This document shows, one piece after another, positions 1-14,002 of a stretch of 64,000 nucleotides of DNA (its first letter is position 1; each line of letters opens with the position of its first letter). The notes beneath the pieces are model-generated. The model was not told the DNA's origin. It did not search any database and saw only the letters and a list, made by a program, of their open reading frames with translations. Source of the DNA: Octopus vulgaris (lineage: Eukaryota); NCBI GenBank assembly GCA_951406725.2, contig OX597840.1, positions 25,916,001-25,980,000 on the forward strand, given 5' to 3'. A program made the position numbers and the translations under genes.

Positions 1-657
1 TTCCATTTTAATGCATATTTTTTAAAATAAACGGAAGTAACTCTCAAACTTCACACCAATATGCGTGCTCATATGCGATGTAATATCACATCACCAGCAT
101 TTCCTCACACCCTCCTTGCACTTGGCGAAGGCAAAATACCAGGGGATGAAAATGGTAATATTGCCATCGATTCCATTTGTACCATTGTTAAGACGCCTTC
201 TGATCTCAGAGATGCAGTGTTCCCAGATTTACAAGCTAATTATCAGAATATGGATTGGATTGGCAAAAAGGCTATACTGGCCCCGAGGAATAAAACTGTT
301 CACCATATTAATGATGAAATGCTAAAACTCATTCCTGGGGAAGTCGATGTATATCAGTCTATCGATACAACTCCTGACCCAGAGGACGTCATCAACTATC
401 CAATAGAGGTACTCAATTCCTTTGAGCACCCCGGACTACCACCACACTTTCTCAAACTTAAAGTTAGTGCCCCTATAATGCTCATCAGAAATTTGGTTCC
501 CCCAAAACAATGCAATGGCACACGTTTGGCGTTAAGTCCTTATCTCCCACCGTAAGCTTATTTCAATATTTGCCTGAATAATCATCATAATTCAGTGCAA
601 TCATTAACAGTACTTTCAAGCAATTCAGCCCCGAGCAACGCCGGGCAATTCTGCTAG
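1..657 (+). mobile_element. Helitron deletion derivative carrying a Pif1-helicase fragment; 3' end intact
   Basis: Translation KLHTNMR...AILAPRN...GLPPHFLKLKVSAPIMLIRNL...CNGTRL (Rep/Hel Pif1 motifs); subterminal hairpin CCCGAGCAACGCCGGG and CTAG|T terminus at 654-658. Confidence 0.88.
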
Positions 658-1484
658 TGTATATATATGTGTTTGTCCCCCTAGCATTGCTTGACAACCG
701 ATGCTGGTGTGTTTACGTCCCCGTCACTTAGCGGTTCGGCAAAAGAGACCGATAGAATAAGTACTGGGCTTGCAAAAGAGTAAGTCCCGGGGTTAAGTTG
801 CTCGATTAGAGGCGGTGCTCCAGCATGGCCGCAGTCAAATGACTGAAACAAGTAAAAGAGTAAAGAGTATGGTTCTGGGTTCAACCCCCACTGCCTCAGC
901 CTGACCAAAGCCATCTGAGTGGATTTGGTAGATGGAAACTGAAAGAAGCCTGTCATGTGTGTGTGTGTGTGTGTGCGTGCATGCGTGTGTGTATGTCTGT
1001 GTGCGTATGTGTGTGTGTGTGCGTGTGTGTGTCTGTGTGTGTATATGTGTGTGTGCGTGTGTGTGTGTGTGTGCATATGTGGATGTGTCTTTGTGTTTGT
1101 CTTTCACCACTGCTTGGTAACAGGTGTTGGTTTGTCTATGTCCCCTTAAACACATCACTTCGGCAAAAAAAAGGGACTGATAAAACAAGGACCCGACTTT
1201 AAAAATCAAGTCCTAGGGTCGTTTCGTTCAACTAAAATCTTTCAAGGCAGTGCCCCAGCATGGGCGCAGTCCAATGACTGACACAAGCAAAAGCTAAAAG
1301 CTCCACAATTGATCTCTAATTATACACCTCACCGTATTACTGGTACTAGAGAGAGCAACAACACAGCCTCAATACACTGACCACATTACTTTAACATGTG
1401 CTTTATTTCTGAAGACAACAAAGACCACCTTGATGAAGATTTCACTGCTAATTTTAGAACATCAATCGATGAATCCATATAGAG

Positions 1485-1702
1485 CAGGGGTTCCCGACTG
1501 GTAGTTCCCGACCCCTTGGGAGGTGGGGGTTGCAAAGCATTAGCAAGGAGGGGTAGTAAATTAGCCTTGCAAGAGGTGGCTTGGGATAATATCAATTTCA
1601 ACTCATTGATTACATTTTACATGCTTTGCTGGCAATAGGGGTCAGTGGGGGTTTCAAACTTTTGGGTAAGGAGTCATGAGTGCAAAACCGTTGGGGACTG
1701 GT
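1485..1702. mobile_element. hAT (Charlie-like) MITE, decayed
   Basis: caggggttccc start and ttggggactggtg end resemble hAT TIRs. Confidence 0.45.
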
Positions 1703-2742
1703 GATATTCTTTCTCTCTTTCATTCTTTCACTTGTTTCAGTCAGTTGACTGCGGCCATGCTGGAGCACTGCCTTTAGTCAAGCAAATCGACCCCAGGACT
1801 TGTTCTTTGGAAGCCTAGTACTTATTTTATTGGGTCTCTTTTGCCGAACTGCTAAGTTACGGGGACGTAAACACACTAGCATCGGTTACACACAAACATA
1901 TATATATATATATATATACATATATACGATGGGCTTCTTTCAGTTTCCGTCTACCAAATCCACTCACAAGGCTTTGGTTAGCCCAAGGGTATAGTTGAAG
2001 ACACTTGCCCAAGGTGCCATGCAGCAGGACTGAACCCGGAACCATGTGGTTGGTAAGCAAGCTACTTACCACACAGCCACTCCTGCGCCTATATTTAGAG
2101 AGATGTTTATAAACTTGTTACCAGTTCGAATATGCTTGGCTGGCATCACCTAAAAAGTACCCAGTACGTTCTGTAAAAGTAGATGGTCTTAGGAAAGGCA
2201 TCCAGCCCTAGGGAGCATGCCAAAACAGATGCCAGGAGCCTGGTTTAGAAGCTCTGGCCAGATCCTGTCAAACCATCCGACCAGTTGGGCACCCGGTTAG
2301 CACAAGAAGTCAAAAAGTATTTTGACAGGAATCAGGGAAGACAAACCAATCTGTAATAGTCAATTCACAGTTACCTCCCTTACAACTGTTCAATGCTTGC
2401 TTACCAACCACATGGCTCCGGGTTCAGTCCCACTGCGTGGCATCTTGGGCAAGTGTCTTCTACTATAGCCTCGGGCCAACCAAAGCCTTGTGAGTGGATT
2501 TGGTAGACGGAAACTGAAAGAAGCCCATCATATATATGTATGTGTGTGTGTTTGTCCCCCCAACACCGCTTGACAACCGATGCTGGTGTGTTTATGTCCC
2601 CGTTACTTAGCGGTTTGGCAAAAGAGACCGATAGAATAAGTACTAGGCTTACAAAGAATAAGTCCTGGGGTCGATTTGCTCGACTAGGGGCGGTGCTCCA
2701 GCATGGCCACAGTCAAATGACTGAAACAAGTAAAAAAGAGAA

Positions 2743-2776
<34 letters not shown>

Positions 2777-2858
2777 CTGCTCCATAACGCCTGCTTCCAT
2801 CAATCTGGGCAGGGGCTCTCTAAACAGGCCTGGGGTGTTTATACCTTTTAGTCTACAG

Positions 2859-3724
2859 CAGGGGTTCTCAGCCATTTTTTGCCTACAGACCCCTTTGATT
2901 CCCGTTTCAATCGGATGGACCCTTAAAGCCATTTAACGTTTAATGAAATCCTATCATATTTTTATAATTAAATATTATCAGGAAATTACATAAAAAAGAA
3001 AAAAAAATCTTTTATTCTTTTACTTGTTTCTGTCATTTGACTGTGGCCATGCTGGAGTACCGCCTTTAGTTGAGCAAATCAACCTCAGGACTTATTCTTT
3101 GTAAGCCCAGTACTTATTCTATCGGCCTCTTTTGCCGAACCGCTAAGTTATGGGAACATTAACACACCAGCATTGGTTGTCAAGCGATTTTGGAGGAGAC
3201 ACAAACACACACACATATATATATATATATATACGACGGGCTTCTTTTCAGTTTCCATCTTCCAGATCCACTCACAAGGCTTTGGTCAGTCTGAGGCTAT
3301 AGTAGAAGACACTTACCCAAGGTGCCACGCAGTGGGACTGAACCCGGAACCATGTGGTTCGTAAGCACACAGCCACTCCTGCACCCATTATTAAAATATA
3401 TACATTTACGACGGGCTTCTTTCAGTTTCCGTCTACCAAATCCACTCACAAGGCTTTGGTTGGCCCGGGGCTATAGTAGAAGACACTCACCCAAGGTGCC
3501 ACGCAGTGGGACTGAACCCGGAACCATGTGGTTCGTAAGCAAACTACTTACCACACAGCCACTCCTGCACCTATGGACGTTAAATGACGATGATGTCAAT
3601 GGATGCTGACTCTAATAATTTGTACACTGGAGAAATTTAACCATTTTATTGCACATACTTTTTAATGACAAAATCTTATATGGCTCCATTAAGGTTCATA
3701 TGGACCCTAGTTAAAAAACCATTG
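2859..3724. mobile_element. hAT-like MITE interrupted by SINEs
   Basis: caggggttctca ... ttaaaaaaccattg ends; related inverted remnant near 28780-28930. Confidence 0.45.
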
Positions 3725-3846
3725 GTCCCTAATGAGAATTTTTCTCTGTGACAAAATACAGTGAATGGCATTCATACAGGTTCAAATTCTCTTTTGAACA
3801 TATTTGTACAGGTAACAAGTTTACAGAGAAATGCTCGTTTACGTAC

Positions 3847-4018
3847 CTGTGTGCACTGTTGAAAATTGGAGACTGTGGCATTTTCCACATGGAGGCCAAC
3901 ATGTGGCAACACTGCTTCAGGTAGTTGAGGGCTGGGAGACAGAGGTTCTCCGTGCAGTCATTGGTGGCGAAATCACTGCCAGAGTCAGAATCTCCATCAC
4001 TGGAGCATTCAAACTCAC
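3847..4018 (-). CDS. ARFGEF3: ARFGEF3 exon 24 (GEFECSSDG...[33 protein letters not shown])
   Basis: ttccag acceptor, cag|gtacgt donor, 172 nt; next exon not found in the window. Confidence 0.9.
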
Positions 4019-5963
4019 CTGGAATAGAAAATTAATGCAGATGAGGGCACACCTCACTTGTGGGGTACATACACTTTGTTTGTTCCTTCTCAAGCCATGC
4101 CTGGCTCATAAGGGCCGGTTTCCCAGTTTCCTTGGCGTATAGGTTCCCCACCTGGACGGGACGCTGGTCCATCGCAGGTGAGCTGCAAGATGCAGGAGGA
4201 AAGAGTGAGAGAAAGTTGTGGCGAAAGAGTCAGTAGAAGTTTCGCCATTACCTTCTGCCGGAGCCACGAGGAGCTTAGGTGTTTTTGCTCATAAACACAC
4301 ACATCGCCCGGTCTGAGACTCGAACCCTCGATCCCTCGACCGCGAGTCCGCTGCTCTAACCACTAGGCCATGTGCCTCCATATGTACATACACTTGGGAA
4401 TAGGCTAACGGAAAGTACAGAATACAGAATATCCCTTCAACTGACAGTGGGACTGTTACATCTTGCTCAACACGTTTATGTCCTGTATTATAATGGCGTA
4501 CTTTGCTATCGGCCCAGCTGGCCCAAAGAGCGTGACTGGCCATGAACGGCTACTTCAAAGACTGCTCCACAGCTTGTGGCTGTCCAACAGTACAGGTGCC
4601 AGTCATGTGGCACTGGCATTGACCACGCTTGAATGGTGCTTTTTATGTACCACTGGCATGGGTACCAGTCAGGTGGCACTGGCATTCAGCTATGCTCGAA
4701 TGGTGCTTTTTACGTGTCACTGGCACAGGTGTCACTCAGGTAACACTGGCGAGATAAATAGATTAGATGTATTTATTGCCAGAAACAACTCAATTTTTTT
4801 CTGTGACATTTTACATACTTCAACCTACGACAAGTTAATGTGTGAAAAACAAAACAGGAATTTTGACAGAAGATTCTATAAAACAAGATTTTAAACATTG
4901 AATGGCTATGGGAATATACCAGAGTAAAATAGTAACCAAAGGGGTCCACTGACGAAAATGAGGACCACCAATGATGATGAAGAGAGCACAAGAACGGCAG
5001 CAACAACAAGTGGAGGCACAATGGCCCAATGGTTAAGGCAGCTGACTCGCGGTTGTAGGATCACGGTTTCGATTCCCAGACCGGGCGTTGTGTGTGTTTA
5101 TTGAGTGAAAACACCTAAAAAGCTCCACGATGCTCCAGCAGTAGTTGAATCTTTTTTAAAATCTCGTCCAACTTCATCGGTCTGTCTATTCAGAAGGGAC
5201 ATGGAGCTAAACAAAAGACAGCAACAGCAGGAGGCGCAATGGCCCAGCGGACTCGCGGTCGGAGGATCGCGGTTTCGATTCCCAGACCGAGCGTTGTGTG
5301 TGTTTATTGAGCGAAAACACCTAAAGCTCCACGATGCCCTGGCAGGGGGTGGTGGCGACCCCTGTTGTACTCTTTCACTCCAACTTTCTCTCACTCTTTC
5401 TTCCTGTTTCTTGTCCCCCAACTTCCTATGCAACCGCCGAGCCTGGATGCGCATTCATTTCATCCATCCGTCGATGCTCTCGGTGTCGGGGGGGGTGGGG
5501 GTGACCTGCTTTCTCTTCTGCGGGTCTTACGAATAGCAAAGGACCACGTTTCGGACTTCTCCCACTAAAGGGACGAAGGCCGCTTCACTCAACAAACAAA
5601 CACACAAAGCAGCAACAACAGTCTACAGTAAACTTACCTGGGCCACGGACGTACTTCAACAGACAGAGTATACAGTCGACGGCCGCATTGGCAAAGACCA
5701 AAATATTGTCTGTGTTGAGGAAGACTTCGAAGACATCAAGAACAGCAGCAATATGGCGCTGTCGAGATTCGTTAATTTCCTCATTTAATGTGTATTCAAT
5801 CTTCACAGCCTGGAGAGCTGCAAACAGGGGTCTCCACCCGGATCGGATCTCGGCTGTGCAAGCTTCCACAAGTTCACAGATTGAACATACAACCTGAAAG
5901 AATAGAATACATGAAATATTTTAAAAATATGACACACATATATACATACATATACACACACGC

Positions 5964-6008
<45 letters not shown>

Positions 6009-9000
6009 TATATACACACACACACACATATATATATATATCTCTAGACATTATTGGTGATGAACCAGGAAAATCAATGATGACCATCACCAAAGAACTT
6101 CAGGTGTTGGAGTGGTGTATGATGACATTTGATATAAGCCATACATACTGAGGAGAGGTCAAATCATGTCTGCAAAGGCACAGAAAAACTGTTTGATCCA
6201 TGACCAGCGGTCACTTTTCACAGGTGCTCTTATGCGGAACCAGCACAGGTGCTCTTGTGTGGCACTAGCACAGGTGTTCTTATGTGGCACCAGCACAGGT
6301 GCTCTTATGCGGAACCAGCACAGGTGCTATTATGTGGCACCAGCACAGGTGTTCTTATGTGGAACCAGCACAGGTGTTCTTATGTGACACCAGCACAGGT
6401 GTTCTTATATGACACCAGCACAGGTGTTCTTATGTGACACCAGCACAGGTGCTTTTTATGTGGAACCAGCACAGGTGTTCTTATGTGACACCAGCACAGG
6501 TGTTCTTATATGACACCAGCACAGGTGTTCTTATGTGACACCAGCACAGGTGCTCTTATGCGACACCAGCACAGGTGTCCTTATGTAACACCAGAACAGG
6601 TGTTCTTATGCGACACCAGCACAGGTGCTCTTATGCGACAACTGCACAGGTGTTCTTATGTGGCACCAGCACAGGTGTTCTTTTGCAACACCAGCACAGG
6701 TGTTCTTATGTGGAACCAGCACAGGTGTTTTTTCGTGGCACCACACACACACACACACGTCTACATACATATCAATACCTTCATACACATACACCGATGC
6801 ATAGAAACAATAGTCAGCCAGTATAGTGTTGTACCGTAGTGCCTGTATAGTGTGGTGTAATAGTACCGTATAGTATAGTATGGTATGGTAGTAGATTGCT
6901 TCCTCTTACCTGGTCTTGCACATCTCCGTCACATATGTCCATCGAGAAGAGACTTTCAAAACCTTTACACAACAACTCGTTCACATGAAAATGAGGTTTC
7001 TCTGTGTGAGTACTCAATACTGACGTTATATAATCGTGCATACAGGTCACAGCCATTTTGGAGATTCGTCTTTCCCGGTTGCCAGCAGCCTGAACAAAAG
7101 GAAGAACAGATACAGAAAAACTATAAAACAAAACAGCTTCTAATGTAGTCATGTGACTAGTTTAGATTATATAACAGAGAAACAATTCTTAACCCTTTTG
7201 ATACCATCCTGCTTAAAACCACCTCTGGTTCTGTAGTACAAATGTCTCTGTTTCATAAGTTCCGAATTAGAATCTTCCACCAAACCTTAGTCACAATTAA
7301 TGTTCCTAACACTAGCTGAATGATAACTAAGTTATTTTACTAAATTTTTTGTTATATTTAAAATTAATTGAAAGAAACACAGAGCATCTCAACAGAAATA
7401 TGGTAACAAAAGGGTTAACAAATGATTTAACCCTTTTGATACCAACCCGGCTGAAACCAGCTCTGGCTCTGTAGTACAAATGTCTTGTTTTCATAAGTTT
7501 TGAATTAAAATCTTCCACCAAACCTTAGTCACAATTTATGTTCCTAACACTAGCTTAATGATAACCAAGTTATTTTACTAAATTCTTTGTTTATATTTAA
7601 AGTAATTGAAAGAAACACAGAGCATCTCAACAGAAATAATGGTAACAAAAGGGTTAAGGAGTGCTCTGAGTGTTTTGTAAGTGGCACCAAGTAAATTGCA
7701 AGACAAACAGCCCTCAGCTGGGAGATGGAGAAGTCCTGAAGGAGGTGTCTTTGTGCAGGTTGAGGGATTAACACTTTAGCATTTAACCCTTTTGATACCA
7801 ACCTGCCTGAAACCACCTCTGGCTCTGTAGTACAAATGTCTTGTTTTCAAAAGTTCTGAATTAAAATCTTCCATCAAACCTTAGTCACAATTTATGTTCC
7901 TAACACTAGCTGAATGATGACTAAGTTATTTTACTAAATTCTTTGTTATATTTAAAATTAATTGAAAGAAACACAGAGAATCTCAACAGAAATAATGGTA
8001 ACAAAAGGGTTAAGGAGTGCACTGGGTGCTTTGTATGTGGTACCAAGGAAATTGCAAGGTGGTTCTTCTCTAATTTATATACATATATTATATATTGTAA
8101 AATTTGATTTAGTACTACTAAATTGAATTTTTTCCTGTAAGTTTGGAATAATATTCCCTAATATTATTATTATTATTATATAAATGTATATCATCATTAT
8201 TAATATCTGTTTTCCATGTTGGCATGGGATGGACAGTTTGACAGGAACTGGCCAGCCAGGGAGCTGTCCAGGGTCCAATTGTCTGTTGTGGCATGGTTTC
8301 TGCAGCTAGATGCCCACAATAGACAACTGGAGTCTGGACGGTTTACATTCTGACCTACACCAACTAATACACATTCAACTGTACCGAAACGGTGAAATAC
8401 CCCATAATTTACCTCAACCAAATGAGTGGAAACTGCGTTGAAAGCCTGCACCAGGTGTAACAAGGGTCTTCCAGTGTGCAAGACCTTCATGAGGACTTCC
8501 TGAAGTCTGTAGAGCAGGAGGGCGTTGGTTGGTAGTTTAATTGCCACGTTGATGATTTCTTCATCATCGTTGATTGTAGAGAGCTGTACGAGCTGGTGGT
8601 GGCTGGCTGTGCAGAGCTCAGACAGGAAGCTAACCAGAGCTTGCAGGTTCAATTTCTGAGCAGCATCTTCGAAAAGACTAAACAACAAAGAGGAAAGAAA
8701 AAAAAATTAAGAAACATCAACAACAACAAAAAGACTTAAAGAACTACAAGAACAATAATTCTTTCTACTGAAGGCAGAAGGCCTGAAATTTCAGTGGAGC
8801 GGGGTGGGGGTATAGTCGATTATATCAACCCCCAAAATGACAGAAGGATAAGTTCACCTTGGCAAAAATTATTATCTGGCACAGTAACAATTCTGCCTTA
8901 ATATTAATAATAATAATAATAATAATGATAATAATAATATTGATAATAATAATGATGATGATGATTATAATAATAATAATGATAATAATGATAATAATAA

Positions 9001-9020
9001 TAATAATGATGATAATGATA

Positions 9021-9051
<31 letters not shown>

Positions 9052-9307
9052 TAATGATAATAATAATAACAATGATAATAATAATAATAATCTTTTCTAC
9101 TATAGGCACAAGGCCTGGAACTTGAGGGGGTGTGATTAGTTGATTGCATTGACCCCCCCAGTGGTTTACTGGTACTTAATTTAGCGACCCCTGTAAAGAT
9201 GAAAGGTGAAGTCGACCTCGGCGGAATTTGAACTCAAAACGTAGCGATAAACAAAATACCGCTAAGCATTTTGTCCAGCGAGCAAACAATTCTGCTAGCT
9301 CAATGCT

Positions 9308-9341
<34 letters not shown>

Positions 9342-9648
9342 TGATGATGATGGTTTCAAATTTTGCTACAAGGGAAGTAGTTTTGGGGGGAGGGGATGAG
9401 GCGATTACATCGACTACCCCAGTACGCAACTGGTACTAAATTTATCGACCCCGAAAAGATGAAAGGCAAAGTCAACCTTGGCAGAATTTGAACTCAGAAT
9501 GTAATAATCATCATCATCATCGTTTAACGTTCGCTTTCCATGCTAGCATGGGTTGGACGGTTCAACTGGGGTCTGGGAAGCCAGAACGCTGCGCCAGGCC
9601 CAGTTTGATCTGGCAATGTTTCTATGGCTGGATGCCCTTCCTAACGCC

Positions 9649-9684
<36 letters not shown>

Positions 9685-11061
9685 CCTTTCTACTGGAGGG
9701 ACAAGGCCTTAAATTTGGCAGGAGGGGGCCAGTCGATTATATTGACCCCAGTATTTCACTGGTACTGATTTTCTACAACAGATTCCTATATAATTGGAAT
9801 TTAAACCATCTGAAGTGTATTTGTAGAAAGTTTCATTTAAAAAATATCCTTTTTTCTGAAAGTTATGAGGAAACAAAGTCAACTTGTGTGAATTTACTCA
9901 AACTCTTTACTCCACCCTTGAAAAACTTTTCACAACAAATTTGTATATAATTGGAATTTACACCATCTGAAGTGAGACAATAACCCATGGCCTCAGTCCA
10001 CTTATGCATACTTTTCCTTCTTGGGACACAAAACTCTACTTGTGAAGACCTGTTGAGGCAAGTGGAAATCGAAATCAAAATCGATCAACATCAATGGAAA
10101 TTGTAGCTGTGATACCAGTGCCGGTGGCACATAAGAGAATCATCTGAACGTGGCCGTTGCCAGCGCCGCCCCGACTGGCTTCCGTGCCGGTGGCACGTAA
10201 AAAGCACCATCTGATTGTGGCCGTTGCCAGCCTCGCCTGGCCTCCATGCCGGTGGCACGTAAAAAAACACCATCCGATCGTGGCCGCTGCCAGATTTCCC
10301 TGGCACCTGTGCTGGTGGCATGTAAAAAACACCCACTACACTTGCGGAGTGGTTGGCGTTAGGAAGGGCATCCAGCCGTAGAAACATTGCCAGATCAGAC
10401 TGGGCCTGGTGCAGCCTTCTGGCTTCCAAGACCCCAGTTGCACCGTCCAACCCATGCCAGCATGGAAAGCAGACGCTAAACGATGATGATGAAGTTTATT
10501 TTGTGGAAAGTTTCAATAAAAAAAATATGCATTTTTCTGGAAGTTATGAGGAAACAAAGTCAGGGGAAGAGTACGTTTGAGTATGTGTGTCCCTTATTTT
10601 TCTCATTCAAAGACAAATTAAAGTTGAAAAAAAGACAATGGTGTATTTTACCGATCAACTTCTTGGGAGAGTCCACAAAGCGCTTTGGCAGCATGAGATG
10701 CACTGAGGACCCCTCCGCCACTCAGGGCACTCTCCCATCCAGCTTCAACTTTGCTCAGCCTTGTCAGTTCGTGTACACTAATGGTTGGTGCCACAGGCAT
10801 TACTGGTACCATTGATGTCATATACATCTCGGGATCACAACTGGAATTGGAAGAAGAAAAACAAAACCGTTAAATATACACAAATATAGGCGCAGGAGTG
10901 GCTCTGTGGTAAGTAGCTTGCTAACCAATCACATGGTTCCGGGTTCAGTCCCACTGCGTGGCACCTTGGGCAAGTGTCTTCTACTATAGCCTCGGGCCGA
11001 CCAATGCCTTGTGAGTGGATTTGGTAGACGGAAACTGAAAGAAGCCCGTTGTATATATGTG

Positions 11062-11096
<35 letters not shown>

Positions 11097-11578
11097 TTGT
11101 GTGTCTGTACTTGTCCCCCTAGCATTGCTTGACAACCGATGCTGGTGTGTTTACGTCCCCGTCACTTAGCGGTTCGGCAAAAGAGACTGATAGAATAAGT
11201 ACTAGGCTTACAAAGAATAAGTCCCGGGGTCGATTTGCTCGACTAAAGGCGGTGCTCCAGCATGGCCGCAGTCAACTGACTGAAACAAGTAAAAGAATAG
11301 AAAAGAATAAAAGAATAGAACATCCAGTGACTCGGCCAGTTGCGACACTCGGCCATGTCGCAACTCATTTCTACAGCTGAGTGAACTGGAGCAACGTGAA
11401 ATAAAATGTCTTGCTCAAGAACACAACACACAGCGCAGTCTGGGAATCGAACTCACTACCTCATGATTGTAAGCCCAACGCTCTAACCACTGAGCCATGC
11501 ATCTTCACATGCCAACATGGAACATGGATATTAAATGATGATGATGATGACGACGATGAGAAGAGGGTGAGTGGATTG

Positions 11579-11610
<32 letters not shown>

Positions 11611-13967
11611 AAAGAGGGAAAGAGAGAGAAAGAGAAAGAAAGAGAGAGAGAGAGAGGGAAAGGGAGGGAGAGAGAGAGAGAGGGAAAGAGAGAGAGAGAG
11701 AAAAAGAGAGAGATATATAGAAAGAGAGAGAGGGAGGCTGATTGCTGATATCTCCTTATATGAACATGGCGAGTATTCTCTTCTTCTTTCATTCTTTTAC
11801 CTCATTTCAGTCATTTGACTGCAGCCATGCTTGAGCACTGCCTTCAGTTGAGCAAATCGACCCCAGGACTTATTGTTTGTAAGCCTATATGTATTATGAG
11901 TGGATTGTTTCAGACAGACAGAGAGGGAGAGTGAGTGATGACTGGCACTTACTTATAAGAGCCGTCGGCATTCGGTATTGACATCACAGGTTGTTCATGG
12001 TGAACCTTCGGAAGACTGGATTGATTGTTGCCAGCGCTGAAATAGGTGTGTTCAAGCCAGGCTATGTGACTACAACACCTGAAACAGGAGATTATTAATG
12101 TCAAGAACAGAATGATAATAACAATAATAATAATAATAATAATGATAATAATAATAATAATAATAATTAATGATTATAATAATTAATGATTAATAATAAT
12201 TATGATAATAATTAATTAATTAATAATAATAATGATAATAATAATTAATGATTAATAATAATAATGATAATAATAATTAATGATTAATAATAATAATACT
12301 AATAAAAATAATAATAATTAATGATTAATAATAATAATGATAATAATTAATTAATTAATAATAAAAATAAAAATAATAATAATAAAAATAATAATAATAA
12401 TAAATAATTAATGATTAATGATAATATTAATAATTAATGATTAATAATAATAATAATAATTAATTATTAATAATAATAATAATAATAATGATTAATGATA
12501 ATAATAATTAATGATTAATAATAGTAGTAGTAGTCGTTTGTGTGCTTTCCATGCAGGCATGGGCTGGATGGTTTGACTGAGAACTGGTGAGCCAGGGGGC
12601 TGCACCAGGCTCCAGTCTGATCTGGCAAAGTTTCTACAGCTGGATGCCCTTCCTAATGCTAACCACTCCGAGTGTTGTGGGTGTTTTTATGTGTCACCGG
12701 CACAAGGGTCAGTCAGGCGGTACTGGCATTGACCACGTTCAAAAGGTGTTTTTTACGTGCTACCTGCACGGGAGCCATTCCGGCGGCACTGGGAATGCCC
12801 AAACTTGAATGTTGTTTTACAAGTGCCACCAGCACATGACAGAAAGGTGACGCTGGCAATGATCACACTCGAATGGTGCTCTTGAAATAAGGTGTCTATC
12901 GGTCAAAGTTGACCATATATCTGCACATGTATGTTCAGGCATGGGCATGTTTCCTGGTTCAAATGGTGCCAGGGCCACAAATTGGCTCCCAAGACGGGAG
13001 CCAATCTGTAGCCCTGGCAACGATCACGCTCGGATGTGCTTAATTATGATGATAATAAAAATAATTGAGTTACTGCCAACATTTTATGGTCACTGTGGTT
13101 AATTATAGCAGAAAGAAAAAAACAAAAAAACCTATGGTCGAAACCGTCCATCCATGTCTTCATTTTTTGGTCAGGTAGAAATAAATTTCTTTTCATATTT
13201 TTGTTAATTTACGGAGATGTACTTGCATAGCAAGTGACCTGATCTGAGATCGTGTGCTGGAATGAAAACAATTGCAGCGTGGCAGGTGTTTGTAAGCCAT
13301 TTAAGAAACACACAAAAGCCATTCGATTCACTTCAACATTTAAGTTTAATTTGTCAAAATATTTTCGTCGCTTTAAGACCACGACCTCTTCACTGACAAA
13401 AATCCAAGATGCAGCATGGATTTTTGTTAGTGAACAGGTCGCGGTCTTAAAGCGAAGAAAATATTTTGACAAATTAAACTTAAATGTTGAAGTGAATCGA
13501 ACGGTTTTTGTGTGTTTCTTAAATGGCTTATAAACACCTTCCATATATATATATATATATAGCATGGATTTTTGTCAGTGAACAGGTCGCAATCTTAAAG
13601 TGACGAAAATATTTTGACAAATTAAACTTAAATGTTGAAGTGAATCGAATGGCTTTTGTGTGTTTCTTAAATGGCTTATAAACACCTTCCACGCTGCAAT
13701 TGTTTTGTTAATTTTCTTACCTGAAAATATGTTTCCAGCAATCTGAAGCATGGCTTCCCATCTCCAGGCCAATCAGCATCACAACATCCATGCTGAGGAT
13801 GTGCGCAGCATGAAGACGGACCAGTTTCTGTCGGTTCGGTAAAATCGGTGCCTTTAGAGGAAGCTTACGGTCGTGCAAGACCGAACGTTCTTCGATGACA
13901 CAAGACGAGCTGGCCAACAGAGCAAACACTGCAGCACATCGTTTTTGGAGACCTTTATGACAACAAC

Positions 13968-14002
<35 letters not shown>

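Noticed and set aside
61-555. Host PIF1 helicase gene
   Set aside because: Intronless fragment bounded by Helitron terminal structures inside an ARFGEF3 intron.
1386-1484. Possible ARFGEF3 exon 25
   Set aside because: No suitable acceptor/donor pair and no BIG3-like peptide; the ORF extends into a hAT remnant.
6218-6742. Regularly spaced repeat resembling a CRISPR array
   Set aside because: Units are contiguous with no unique spacers; eukaryotic intron with no cas genes.
13130-13160. ggtcgaaaccgtc hammerhead 3' half
   Set aside because: No upstream core or stem partner; too short to support.
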